A stretch of DNA of 64,000 bases from Candidatus Poribacteria bacterium (GTDB lineage Bacteria; Poribacteria; WGA-4E; GCA-2687025), in contig OY762492.1 in assembly GCA_963665845.2 (NCBI GenBank), positions 1,248,001 to 1,312,000 of the forward strand, read 5' to 3'. Every line of letters starts with the position of its first letter. Within the stretch, counting starts at the first letter, position 1. Shown one piece after another: positions 21,001 to 29,313 of the stretch. Below the pieces are notes generated by a model. It saw only the letters and a program-made list of their open reading frames with translations. It ran no database searches and was not told the DNA's origin. The position numbers were made by a program, and so were the translations under genes.

Positions 21001-21125
21001 CGCGGGCGCAGGAGCGGCTTTATCTGATCGCCGCCAAGCGCAGAGGCGGACGCGACCTGAAGCCGTCCCGCTTCTTGCGCGAGATTCCGTCCAACCTGAT
21101 GCGCCGCTGGTCTCCTAAGGGTTAG
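18075..21125 (+). CDS. UvrD/PcrA-family helicase with inserted degenerate DHH-like segment and DEDDh exonuclease domain
   Basis: Helicase motifs AGPGTGKT, TFTNKAA, DEYQD, GD.NQSIY.WRG, YRS, TLH.AKG.EF and EERRLLYVGMTRA. Internal YDLETTG, GHNI.EFD and HRA.HDV. Confidence 0.9.
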   Translation: MPRDTELNEKQREAVEHGDGPLLVLAGPGTGKTRVIACRVAHLIESGRCPAEALLAITFTNKAAHELEERVLSLIGSSVAGDSWIGTFHHTCARILRESGGDMGIDSDFGILDQDAQDALMADALRSANLEVDPITLSRLRFALSARKSGTADNREPPLFEEEDEDTTDEAFIAAFKEAISHYGARLAAYNALDFDDLIAIAVEKLRESPTVLKKYQSKFQHILIDEYQDINGSQYELIKLLSGSRRCVTAVGDANQSIYSWRGSNPEWMRRFRDEFQPETIALEAHYRSTRTILSAATGLIRKSSPQTRLRTDNPPGNPIRAYFTRSEAESAYIVKRLIQKLHAEARMPYRDIAVFYRNHRTAERLEDSLRRSSVPFRRAQPARELVNDDANRVLAWLRYICFGLGAHLADALMFPNLVLDEWTRVWFQWRAMREGKSFRELAENPDEAPPLTRASLKRVVGRMQDLRERLTPLGASKAAAAFFEELETLRSPFRHEELEKAPEWADFPQLAASADVIAAALQRGEIPSLTEDGSMDAVCAKLILQKTFEDYFDKNLEEASGDSVQIRIGNVEPAQEVERAVWINPPDEIETNALQLTAPDGSPACAAWIAHRLCQRLLHLVEKTPNADVVVYDLETTGANPRQAEIIEFAGDRIYEKPASILHLYIRPRARIPRRSTQIHGIDADTVRDQPRIEERIGEIRDFFGDAVLVGHNIIEFDNRFIEREMRRHLRETPNNPSYDTLKIARRLYPHVNHTLTSLAERFQIEYVESHRAMHDVAATAKLFEHLRREEARRRAQSSLPELLPFLAVGAMSKGAWEDPMLEAHRHAAARWLKANKPREETLMAFPEETRVEAGRALDDARRAPAPETDEDRRWQLLKGRVLRRAQRYEAMRSGASLKDFVNAQSLLEPLDSMDEADEPSDAVSLMTLHTAKGTEFRAVLIVGLEDGTLPWFRSIQRPEALDEERRLLYVGMTRAQERLYLIAAKRRGGRDLKPSRFLREIPSNLMRRWSPKG

Positions 21126-21199
21126 TCCCCATGGGAAAAGACTCCGCCAACCGGATCGTCCTTCGCGCCTTCTATTCGTCCTTCACGCCTTCTATTTTC

Positions 21200-21289
21200 G
21201 TCATTCCCGCGCAAGCGGGAATCCAGAGTCTACCCCGAAACCTTCCGCGTTCGCCAGGCGGGATGTCCCAACTAAAGACGTGAGGTCAG
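21200..21289 (-). mobile_element. MITE half copy with dRS3-like hairpin
   Basis: gtcattcccgcgcaagcgggaatccagag ... atgtcccaactaaagacgtgaggtcag. Confidence 0.75.
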
Positions 21290-21354
21290 GCTTCACGCTT
21301 TACACGCCGCGTCAGATGCATTATCATAAACGGACGCTCACGCTTGTGGTTCAT

Positions 21355-22098
21355 ATGACGCACCTTCGCTGCCCGTTCATCGTCAAACTGGTTGAAAGCG
21401 ACGCTGTTTCGATACCGAACGACGTCGGTCAGGGCGTCATGATACCGACGCAAACGCCGGTTGATCTGCCGCTGTACCGCCGAGAGGTGCGCGGTTTCCG
21501 TCAGATGACGCCCGCGCAGCGCGCCCAAAGCCGGCGCAACGCCATCGAAGAAGCGAAACTTGCCTCTTTTGAAAAGTTCATTCTCTCCCTGCAGATTATC
21601 GCCGAATATGAGCCGTACTTGAGCGTCAGCGCGTTGGACGAAAAAGCGCCGCGCCGTTACGCCCTTCTCATTTCCGAGGGGCGCTGGAACCGTCTGCGCC
21701 GTCAAGCGGCTCCGACAGGCGGGCGTTCTCTCCGCGCGCGCGTCGGCGCCCTTGAGTTCGATATACTCACCCATCCGCGCCTCAACGCGAACGAGGCGTA
21801 TCTTGTCGCGGCGGAAAAATATCTGCTTTATCTGCGTCCGAAGCAGGCGGCGAACGGCTATGTGGTCTCCCGCAGCGAATTTATCGACCGGATGCCCGAC
21901 AGCGGTCCGCCGCTTTCCATGCGCCCTGAACGCGCGCTTCGGGAGCTGTTTGAAGCGTCGCAGACCGCGTCGTCCACCGCTGCCGGCGCGGAGAACGATG
22001 TCAACCCATGCCCAGAATGCGGGGGCAAAACGGTGCCGCTCTCCCCAGGCGCCGCCTTCTGTCTAGAGTGCGAGTGGGACAACCTTAAAAAGCTTTAA
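21355..22098 (+). CDS. hypothetical protein with C-terminal Zn ribbon; N-terminal part weakly encapsulin-like
   Basis: CPECGG...CLECEW at the C-terminus. A TTTACA-17-TATCAT promoter at 21299-21327 favours the start at 21355. Confidence 0.65.
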   Translation: MTHLRCPFIVKLVESDAVSIPNDVGQGVMIPTQTPVDLPLYRREVRGFRQMTPAQRAQSRRNAIEEAKLASFEKFILSLQIIAEYEPYLSVSALDEKAPRRYALLISEGRWNRLRRQAAPTGGRSLRARVGALEFDILTHPRLNANEAYLVAAEKYLLYLRPKQAANGYVVSRSEFIDRMPDSGPPLSMRPERALRELFEASQTASSTAAGAENDVNPCPECGGKTVPLSPGAAFCLECEWDNLKKL

Positions 22099-22102
22099 CC
22101 AA

Positions 22103-22756
22103 TCAAAACCGATGAATCGTTGTGCGGTCGGGTTTGTCCGGCTGGATCCATTTTAAGTAGATAAAACCGACCAAGATCCCGCCGAGATGCGCAAAGTGCG
22201 CTACATTCATGACGCCGTATCCGCGGGCGGTCGCCAAGGCGCGCGCCGTCTCCGCGGCGGCGTAGACCAACACCATGAAACGCGCGGGCAGCGGAATAAA
22301 AATAAAAAGAAGGAGCCGATTTGGAAACATCAGCCCGAACGCCAGCAGAACGCCCGACACCGCCCCGCTCGCCCCAATCAGCCCTGATGGTTTCCATCCA
22401 AGCGCATAGGTCGCCCCCAGATGAAGCAAGGCGCCCCCAACCCCGCATGTGAGGTAGTAAATCAGGAAACGCTTATACCCCCACCGCTCCTCCACCTCCG
22501 AGCCGAGCATCCACAGCGCGAACATGTTCAAGCCGATGTGCATGAAATCCGCATGCAGAAACTGGTAGGTGATGAACTGCCAGAGCCGCAGCTGGCTCAA
22601 TTCTGAATACAACGGCAGATGCCGCTCAATTGCGTTCCATTCGCCGCTTAGCCTAAAGATAGGGGAGAGATACGCCGCGGCAAAGAGCGCAAAGTTCGCT
22701 ATGAGCAGCCATTTGACGACAGGAGGCAGCAAGCCGCGCCGACGGCGGTAGTTCAT
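22103..22756 (-). CDS. rhomboid-family intramembrane serine protease
   Basis: WQFITYQFLH...H...NM, GASG and AHFAHLGG motifs. Confidence 0.93.
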   Translation of the reverse strand: MNYRRRRGLLPPVVKWLLIANFALFAAAYLSPIFRLSGEWNAIERHLPLYSELSQLRLWQFITYQFLHADFMHIGLNMFALWMLGSEVEERWGYKRFLIYYLTCGVGGALLHLGATYALGWKPSGLIGASGAVSGVLLAFGLMFPNRLLLFIFIPLPARFMVLVYAAAETARALATARGYGVMNVAHFAHLGGILVGFIYLKWIQPDKPDRTTIHRF

Positions 22757-22760
22757 CGGT

Positions 22761-23927
22761 TCATCCGCCTTTCAAAGACTGCGCCCATGCGCTCAACACT
22801 TCCGCGACCTCTTTGCGCGTGAATTCGGGCGGCAGCGGCTCGCCGTTTGAGAGCATCTCCCGCACCTTTGTGCCGGACAGAAACACGCGCTCCTGCGTTC
22901 CGGCGGGGCTGGTCTTTATGGTCGCCATGCTTTCGGTTCGCAGGCAGTAAAACGCATGCTCAAAGCGCAGCGGCTCAATTCCGATTTCCCCCTGCTCAAA
23001 CTGATCAAAGATGCGCTGCGCGTCGTAGGCGCCGTAGTAGTTTCCGACGCCCGCATGGTCGCGCCCGACGATGAAATGCGTACAGCCGTAGTTTTGACGG
23101 GCGAGCGCATGCAGAACCGCCTCGCGCGGGCCGGCGTAACGCATTGCCGAGGGCATTGTGCCGAGCAGGACGCGGTCGGCGGGGAAATAATGTTTGAGGA
23201 TCGTTCGATAACATTCCATGCGAACCTCGGCAGGGATGTCGCCCTCCTGCGTCCATCCGATCAGCGGATGCAGAAACAGCCCGTCCGCAATCTCCATCGC
23301 CGATTTGACGATATACTCGTGCGCTCGGTGAATCGGGTTGCGCGTTTGAAAGGCGGCGACCCGCTTCCATCCGCGCTCCGCAAACGCCGCGCGCGACGCC
23401 GCAGGGGGAAGCTCCGCATCCTCAAACAGCTCGCGCCTGGCGAACCGCAGCGCCGTAATCTCTCCCCCAATCAGCGTCTCTTTTTGGGCGTACAGCTCGG
23501 CGGCGCCTGGGTGCGCCTCTTCTTCGGTCAGAAAAACCTGTTTCGCCTCGCGCCGTTTGTCGTACCCGTATGCTTCTGGTTCTTTTAAAACGCCGAGCAG
23601 CGATCCGTCTGGAGAATGCAGCGCCGCGCCGCCCGCCGATTCAACCGCCCGCGCCTCGGACGCGGAGGCGGACAAAGTGATCGGAATCGGCCATGGCAAG
23701 CCGTCCGCGAGGCGCATGTTTTCAACGACGTTTTCATAGTCGGCGCGGCGCAGATAGCCTGTCAGAGGGCTAAATGCGCCGACGGCGATCATCTCAAAAT
23801 CGCACATTTCGCGGACGCTCAACGTCAAACGGGGCAGCTCCGCCGCTTTCTCTTGGACAGCCTCGGCGTTCCGCCCCGCCGTCCGCTGAACGAGACGGCC
23901 GCCATGAGGAGCGATCATATCGGACAT
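22761..23927 (-). CDS. sat: sulfate adenylyltransferase
   Basis: PHGG.LV, GAFSPL.G, FQTRNPIHRAHEY, MRYAGPREA, GRDHAGVG and SGTKVR motifs. Confidence 0.96.
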   Translation of the reverse strand: MSDMIAPHGGRLVQRTAGRNAEAVQEKAAELPRLTLSVREMCDFEMIAVGAFSPLTGYLRRADYENVVENMRLADGLPWPIPITLSASASEARAVESAGGAALHSPDGSLLGVLKEPEAYGYDKRREAKQVFLTEEEAHPGAAELYAQKETLIGGEITALRFARRELFEDAELPPAASRAAFAERGWKRVAAFQTRNPIHRAHEYIVKSAMEIADGLFLHPLIGWTQEGDIPAEVRMECYRTILKHYFPADRVLLGTMPSAMRYAGPREAVLHALARQNYGCTHFIVGRDHAGVGNYYGAYDAQRIFDQFEQGEIGIEPLRFEHAFYCLRTESMATIKTSPAGTQERVFLSGTKVREMLSNGEPLPPEFTRKEVAEVLSAWAQSLKGG

Positions 23928-24000
23928 TCGATGCCTTTCTTCGCGCCCATAACCGCTTACAATCTTAACCCCGCAGGCGCCGCTCTTCAAGTCCGGCGTT

Positions 24001-24090
24001 CTAACCTTAGCGCTTTAGTTGGGGCATTCCGCCTGACGAACGCGGATGTCTTCTGCGGCGCCTCTGGATTCCCGCTTGCGCGGGAATGAC
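24001..24090 (+). mobile_element. MITE half copy with dRS3-like hairpin
   Basis: ctaacc..ctttagttggggcat ... gattcccgcttgcgcgggaatgac. Confidence 0.72.
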
Positions 24091-24222
24091 GGCCTGGATC
24101 GGCCAGACGTCGCGTAAAAATGAATGTCGTCGCCAGTATGTACTGTCGCCCAACATCCAGCGCTACACAAACGCTGACGAAGCGCTATAATAACTTTTAC
24201 ATACACAGGGAGAAAGCGGCGA

Positions 24223-25836
24223 ATGACAGGCGCAAAACGAACGGTTGAGGTGTGCGACGAAACGCTCCGAGACGGCGGACAAGCGGAAGGCATCGCCTTT
24301 TCGGTTGAAAGCAAACTCATTTTACTGCAAGCGTTCGACGAAATCGGCATTCATTTTGTCGTCGGAGGATGGCCCTATTCAAACCCGCGCGACATCGAAT
24401 TCTTTAAACGCGCCAAAGAGCTGGATCTAAAAACCGCGAATCTCATGCCGTTCGGAAGCACGCGGCGAAAAAATCTGCCCCCGGACGAAGACCCGAACCT
24501 GCTCGCCCTCGTCGACACCAGCTGCCGATACGCGACCATCTTCGGCAAAAGCTGGACATTCCATGCAACCGACATCTTGAGAGTCTCGTTAGAGGAAAAC
24601 CTAGAGATGATCCGCTCCTCGGTCGATTTTTTGACGCAGCGGGGTATGAATGTCCTCTACGACGCCGAGCATTTTTTTGACGGGTACCAGCATGACGCCG
24701 ACTATGCGCTCGCTTCGCTGCGCGCGGCGGCTGAAGGCGGAGCCTGTCGTCTCGTCCTTTGCGACACGAACGGCGGAGCGCTCCCTTCCCAGCTGGCGGA
24801 CGCCGCCGCGCATGTCTGCGAGGCATTTCCCGATTATATCATCGGAATCCACACCCACAACGACTCTGGAACCGCCGTCGCCAACACGCTCATGGCGGTC
24901 GAACAAGGCGTCGGGCATGTGCAAGGGACCTTCAACGGACATGGCGAACGGTGCGGAAACGCCGACCTGTGCGCCATCATTCCGAACCTTGAACTCAAAA
25001 TGGACTGCGATGTTGTCGGGCGGGACAATCTGCGAGAGCTGATGCGCGTCTCGCGGCTTGTGAACGAAATGGCGAACCACGCCCATAACGACAAGGCGCC
25101 GTATGTCGGGCGCTCCGCCTTCGCCCACAAAGGCGGCGTTCATATCGATGCGGCGCGCAAAAACCCGCTTTCCTACGAGCACGTTGCGCCTGAAACGGTC
25201 GGCAACGTCCAGCGCGTTCTGATCTCCGATCAAGCGGGGCGCAGCGCCATTATTGAAAAGATCGAGAGCGACTACCCGCACCTTGACAAACGTTCCCCGG
25301 AGGTTCAGCGCATCTACGAACGGCTGAAGGAGGCGGAACAGCTCGGATATGAGTTTGAAGGCGCGGACGCTTCCTTCCTGCTGCTCGCGCAAAAGGCGAT
25401 GGGGCATTTTCAGTCCGCGTTTGAGCGGGTCGGATTTCGCATCATCGTTGAAAAGTTTCTGACGCGCGACATGCGCTCCGAAGCGACCGTCAAGATACTG
25501 GACCCCAGCGGAGCCGAGGAGCATTCCGCCGCCGAAGGCAACGGACCGATCAACGCGCTCGACTCCGCCCTGCGAAAAGCGCTGGACAGGTTCTATCCGC
25601 AGTTTCAGCATGTGTTCCTTCAAGACTACAATGTGCGCATCCTGGATTCTCAACGCTCCACCGCCGCCCGCATCCGCGTTCTCATCACATCGTCGGACGG
25701 CGAGGACACATGGGGAACGGTCGGCGTCTCTGAAAACATCATCGAAGCCTCTTGGGAGGCGCTGGTCGACAGCTATGAGTATAAGATCTACAAAGATGAG
25801 CGCGAGCGGAAGCGGAACGGGCAGCGGGCAAAATAA
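24223..25836 (+). CDS. cimA: citramalate synthase (LeuA family)
   Basis: DETLRDGGQ.EG, GGWP.SNP, FGST, IFGKSW.FH, YDAEHFFDGY, HTHND and AFAHKGG motifs; C-terminal regulatory domain. Confidence 0.88.
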   Translation: MTGAKRTVEVCDETLRDGGQAEGIAFSVESKLILLQAFDEIGIHFVVGGWPYSNPRDIEFFKRAKELDLKTANLMPFGSTRRKNLPPDEDPNLLALVDTSCRYATIFGKSWTFHATDILRVSLEENLEMIRSSVDFLTQRGMNVLYDAEHFFDGYQHDADYALASLRAAAEGGACRLVLCDTNGGALPSQLADAAAHVCEAFPDYIIGIHTHNDSGTAVANTLMAVEQGVGHVQGTFNGHGERCGNADLCAIIPNLELKMDCDVVGRDNLRELMRVSRLVNEMANHAHNDKAPYVGRSAFAHKGGVHIDAARKNPLSYEHVAPETVGNVQRVLISDQAGRSAIIEKIESDYPHLDKRSPEVQRIYERLKEAEQLGYEFEGADASFLLLAQKAMGHFQSAFERVGFRIIVEKFLTRDMRSEATVKILDPSGAEEHSAAEGNGPINALDSALRKALDRFYPQFQHVFLQDYNVRILDSQRSTAARIRVLITSSDGEDTWGTVGVSENIIEASWEALVDSYEYKIYKDERERKRNGQRAK

Positions 25837-25853
25837 CGCCATCGCGCGCGGCT

Positions 25854-26011
25854 AAAACCCCCCTAGCCCCCCTTTTCAAGGGGGAATTGGACGCGCCCCT
25901 TATAGCCTGCCCCCGTGAAAACGGGGTCATTCCCGCGTAAGCGGGAATCTTAAGGCATCGCAGCCAGCGCGCGGCTAAAACCCCCCTAGCCCCCCTTTTC
26001 AAGGGGGGAAT
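25854..26011. repeat. two direct copies of aaaacccccctagcccccttttcaaggggggaat flanking a dRS3-like hairpin
   Basis: Copies at 25854-25887 and 25977-26011; hairpin at 25926-25949. Confidence 0.85.
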
Positions 26012-26116
26012 CGGACGCGCGGCGCTGTCATTTGTAACGGACGCCCCTTCGCCTTCGTTTAGTGGATGCAACGCCAATTCATGCGCATCAACGCGCCAAC
26101 GCAAGAGGAGCGACCA

Positions 26117-26512
26117 ATGGGAAACCCAGTTGTCCACTTTGAGTTTTACGCCAAGGACATGAAAGCGCAGAGCGAGTTCTACGCCGGGATTTTTGGATGG
26201 GAAACGACGGCCCATGACGAATCGGGCTACGTCATTTTCAACACCGGCAGCGAGGAAGGCATCGGCGGCGGCGGAATTCAGATGGACGGCGAACATGAAG
26301 GGATGAAACCCTACATCACTTTTTATATTCAGGTGGACGACCTGCAGGCGAGCCTGGCAAAAGTGAACGCGGGCGGCGGACAGACGATCATGCCGCCGAT
26401 GGAGATCCCAGGCTCCAAGGGGGCTGCCAGCATGGCTCTTTTCCTTGACCCAGAACAAAACGTGGTCGGCCTCTACACGGTGAACGATCCCGACGCGGTC
26501 TGCGACGACTAG
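26117..26512 (+). CDS. VOC/glyoxalase-family protein
   Basis: NPVVHFE, FY..IFGW, YI.VDD and F.DPE.N..GL; GAGGAG RBS. Confidence 0.9.
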   Translation: MGNPVVHFEFYAKDMKAQSEFYAGIFGWETTAHDESGYVIFNTGSEEGIGGGGIQMDGEHEGMKPYITFYIQVDDLQASLAKVNAGGGQTIMPPMEIPGSKGAASMALFLDPEQNVVGLYTVNDPDAVCDD

Positions 26513-26530
26513 TCGGATCGATTCGCCAAA

Positions 26531-26601
26531 CTGACCTAAGGCTTTAGTTGAGACATGTCCGCATTGGAAACGCGGACATCTTCTGCTTGCGCGGGAATGA
26601 C
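26531..26601 (+). mobile_element. internally deleted MITE fragment
   Basis: ctgacctaaggctttagttgagacat ... gcttgcgcgggaatgac. Confidence 0.65.
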
Positions 26602-26612
26602 GATGCGGAAAG

Positions 26613-27392
26613 TCAGTCTAAACGGAAAAATCGGCGCGCCGCTTCGGATGTCTTCTGGGCGGCGCGCTCAAACGATTCCCCCCGCGCCGACGCGACCGCC
26701 TCGGCTGCCGCGCGAACATAAGACGGCTCATTTCGCTTTCCGCGCCAGGCTTGAGGCGCCAGCCATGGGCTGTCTGTCTCGACCATGACCCGACCGATCG
26801 GCAGCGTTTCAACCGCCTTGCGCAGTTCGTCCGATTTTGGGTAGGTTAAAATTCCGCCCAAACCGAAATAGCAGCCGATCTCGACAGCGCGCGCCGCTTC
26901 TTCAACAGAGCCGCTAAAACAGTGCAGCAGCGCGGATGAACCCATGCCGACCGCTTCCAGCGCGTCCATCACATCCTCGGCGGCGGCGCGTTGATGAATC
27001 ACAAACGGCAGCCCCGTCTCGGCGGCCAGCTCCATTTGTCCATGAAAGGCGCGCATCTGATCCGTTTTAGAAGCATGGTTCCGGTAGTAATCCAGCCCCG
27101 TTTCGCCGACAGCGACCGCCTTTGGATGTTGAGACAAGGCGCGCAACTCTCGCTTGACCGACTCGCTCCATGAACCCGCCTCATGCGGATGCAGCCCAAC
27201 CGCCGCCCAGCAGATCGCATGCGCTTCCGCCAGCTCCAGCGCCGCGCGCGACGACTCGGCATTGATGCCGATATTGACAATCGCCTCCACCCCCGCCTCC
27301 TCGGCGCGCTGAAGTACCGCCTTCCGATCCTCGTCAAATGCGGGCAGCTGAAGATGCGCATGCGTGTCGATGAGCGTCCATCCGCGCGTCAA
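26613..27392 (-). CDS. tatD: TatD-family deoxyribonuclease
   Basis: IDTHAHL, GLHP, GETGLDY, HCFSG and ETDSP.L.P motifs. Confidence 0.93.
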   Translation of the reverse strand: MTRGWTLIDTHAHLQLPAFDEDRKAVLQRAEEAGVEAIVNIGINAESSRAALELAEAHAICWAAVGLHPHEAGSWSESVKRELRALSQHPKAVAVGETGLDYYRNHASKTDQMRAFHGQMELAAETGLPFVIHQRAAAEDVMDALEAVGMGSSALLHCFSGSVEEAARAVEIGCYFGLGGILTYPKSDELRKAVETLPIGRVMVETDSPWLAPQAWRGKRNEPSYVRAAAEAVASARGESFERAAQKTSEAARRFFRLD

Positions 27393-29296
27393 GACACTTC
27401 CGCTCCGTCTGCGATCTCTCGGTCAAACTCGGCAACGACGAGAGCCTCTCCGTCTTTGCCCGCCAACAGCATTCCCTGCGATTCAATGCCGAAGATCTTG
27501 CGCGGGGCGAGATTGGCGACGATCGCAATGCGCTTGCCGACCAGCTCTTCAGGCGCGTAATGCTCCGCGACGCCGGCGACAATGACGCGCGTTTCCTCCC
27601 CGACCTGCGTTGTCAACTTCAACAGCTTGTCCGCTTTCGGGACCCGCTCCGCCGCCGCGACGCGCGCGACGCGCAGATCAATTTTGCGAAAATCGTCAAA
27701 ACTGACGACGCCTGTTTCTTTTTCCGGCGCCTTCGCTTTCGGCTTGCTTTTTGGTTGAGTGGGCGTTTCCGCCTCCGCTTTCACATCTATGCGCGGGAAC
27801 AGCGGGCTTGCTTCGCCGATTGGTTTGCCCGCCTCTAAGCCGCCCCAGACCAGCCCGTCAAAGTTCACTGCCGACACGCCCAGCTGCGCGCGCAGCTGTC
27901 CCGCCGACGACGGAATGAACGGCGCCAGCATCGCCCCCGCCCAGCGCAGCGCCTCCATCGCGTGGTATAGAACGGTTCCCGCGCTGTCCAGGTCTCCCTG
28001 CTTCGCCAGGTTCCACGGCTGCCGTTCGGACAGATACCGGTTCGTCTCCCGTATGAGCGACATCGGCTCGTCCAGCGCCAGATGCAGCTGATACCGATCC
28101 ATCAACGCATGCATCCGTTCAAGCCGCGCCGCCGCAAACTGCGCCAGCGCCTGTTCGCTTTCCCCAGGCTCGTCCGCAGGGGGAGCCGACCCGTTGAAAT
28201 GCGCGTTCACAAGCCGCAGCGTCCGATTCAGCAGGTTCCCCAAATCGTTCGCCAGGTCGGCGTTATACCGCGCCGCAAAGGACTCCCATGTGAAGTCGCC
28301 GTCCTGATCAAACGGCATATTGCGCAGCAGAAAATACCGCACCGCGTCCACTCCGTAGGCCTCCACCGCCGCCACGGGATCGACGAAGATGCCGCGCGTC
28401 TTGCTCATCTTCTCGCCTTTGAGGTGGAGAAACCCATGCACCGCCGCCCGCTTCGGCAACGGCAAGCCGGCGCTCATGAGCATCGCGGGCCAATAGACGC
28501 AGTGAAAACGCCACATGTCCTTTCCCATGATATGTACGTCGCATGGCCAGTACTTCTCGTACATCTGCGGATTGTCGGGAAAGCCGACGCCGGTCAAATA
28601 GTTGATGAGCGCATCGAACCAGACATACATGACATGGTTCTCGTCAATGGGGCATGGAACGCCCCATTGCTTGTCGGCGCGCGTCACGCTGAAATCGTCT
28701 AGACCGCGCTCAATGAACGCGAGAACCTCGTTCCGGCGCGACTCTGGATACACCCAATCAGGACGGTCCCGAAACAGCTGCAGGAGCCGATCTTCGTATT
28801 TTGAAAGGGCAAAAAAGTAGTTTTTTTCTGAAACCCACTCGCATTTTTTCTGATGTTCCGGGCAGTCGGTTCCGCCGACAAGTTCCTCTTCATTGTAAAA
28901 TGTGTTGCATGAGTTGCAGTAGTAGCCTTCATATTCGCCTAGGTAGATGTCGCCGTTGTCGTAAGCGCGCTGAAACATCTCCTGGGAGGCGCGCCAGTGC
29001 CGCGGCTCCGTCGTGCGGAGCATGTCGTCAAAAGAGATGTCCAGCTTCTCCCATGTGTTGCGGAAACCTGCCGCGATCTCATCCAAATAGACCTTCGTTT
29101 CCTTGCCAAGCTCCCGCGCTCTCTTCTCGGAATCCTGCGAATTTTCGTCCAGACCCGTCAAGAACCACACATCTCGACCGCAAAGGCGGTGGTAGCGGGC
29201 GAGCGCATCCGCCGCGGCGAACTCATACGAATGCCCCAAATGCGGCAGTTTGTTCACATACGGAATCGTCGTCGTGATGTAGTAGGTTGAATCCAT
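27389..29296 (-). CDS. metG: methionyl-tRNA synthetase with C-terminal tRNA-binding domain
   Basis: YYITT.IPYVN..PHLGH, CNSC/CPEH knuckle, YVWFDAL.NY, KMSKT and DLRVA..SQGMLL. Confidence 0.96.
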   Translation of the reverse strand: MDSTYYITTTIPYVNKLPHLGHSYEFAAADALARYHRLCGRDVWFLTGLDENSQDSEKRARELGKETKVYLDEIAAGFRNTWEKLDISFDDMLRTTEPRHWRASQEMFQRAYDNGDIYLGEYEGYYCNSCNTFYNEEELVGGTDCPEHQKKCEWVSEKNYFFALSKYEDRLLQLFRDRPDWVYPESRRNEVLAFIERGLDDFSVTRADKQWGVPCPIDENHVMYVWFDALINYLTGVGFPDNPQMYEKYWPCDVHIMGKDMWRFHCVYWPAMLMSAGLPLPKRAAVHGFLHLKGEKMSKTRGIFVDPVAAVEAYGVDAVRYFLLRNMPFDQDGDFTWESFAARYNADLANDLGNLLNRTLRLVNAHFNGSAPPADEPGESEQALAQFAAARLERMHALMDRYQLHLALDEPMSLIRETNRYLSERQPWNLAKQGDLDSAGTVLYHAMEALRWAGAMLAPFIPSSAGQLRAQLGVSAVNFDGLVWGGLEAGKPIGEASPLFPRIDVKAEAETPTQPKSKPKAKAPEKETGVVSFDDFRKIDLRVARVAAAERVPKADKLLKLTTQVGEETRVIVAGVAEHYAPEELVGKRIAIVANLAPRKIFGIESQGMLLAGKDGEALVVAEFDREIADGAEVS

Positions 29297-29313
29297 GCCG
29301 CCCTTTCCGGTAC

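Noticed and set aside
21156-21195. 20-bp tandem duplication tcgtccttc(g/a)cgccttctat
   Set aside because: Only two units next to a MITE end; probably a degenerate repeat by-product with no supportable function.
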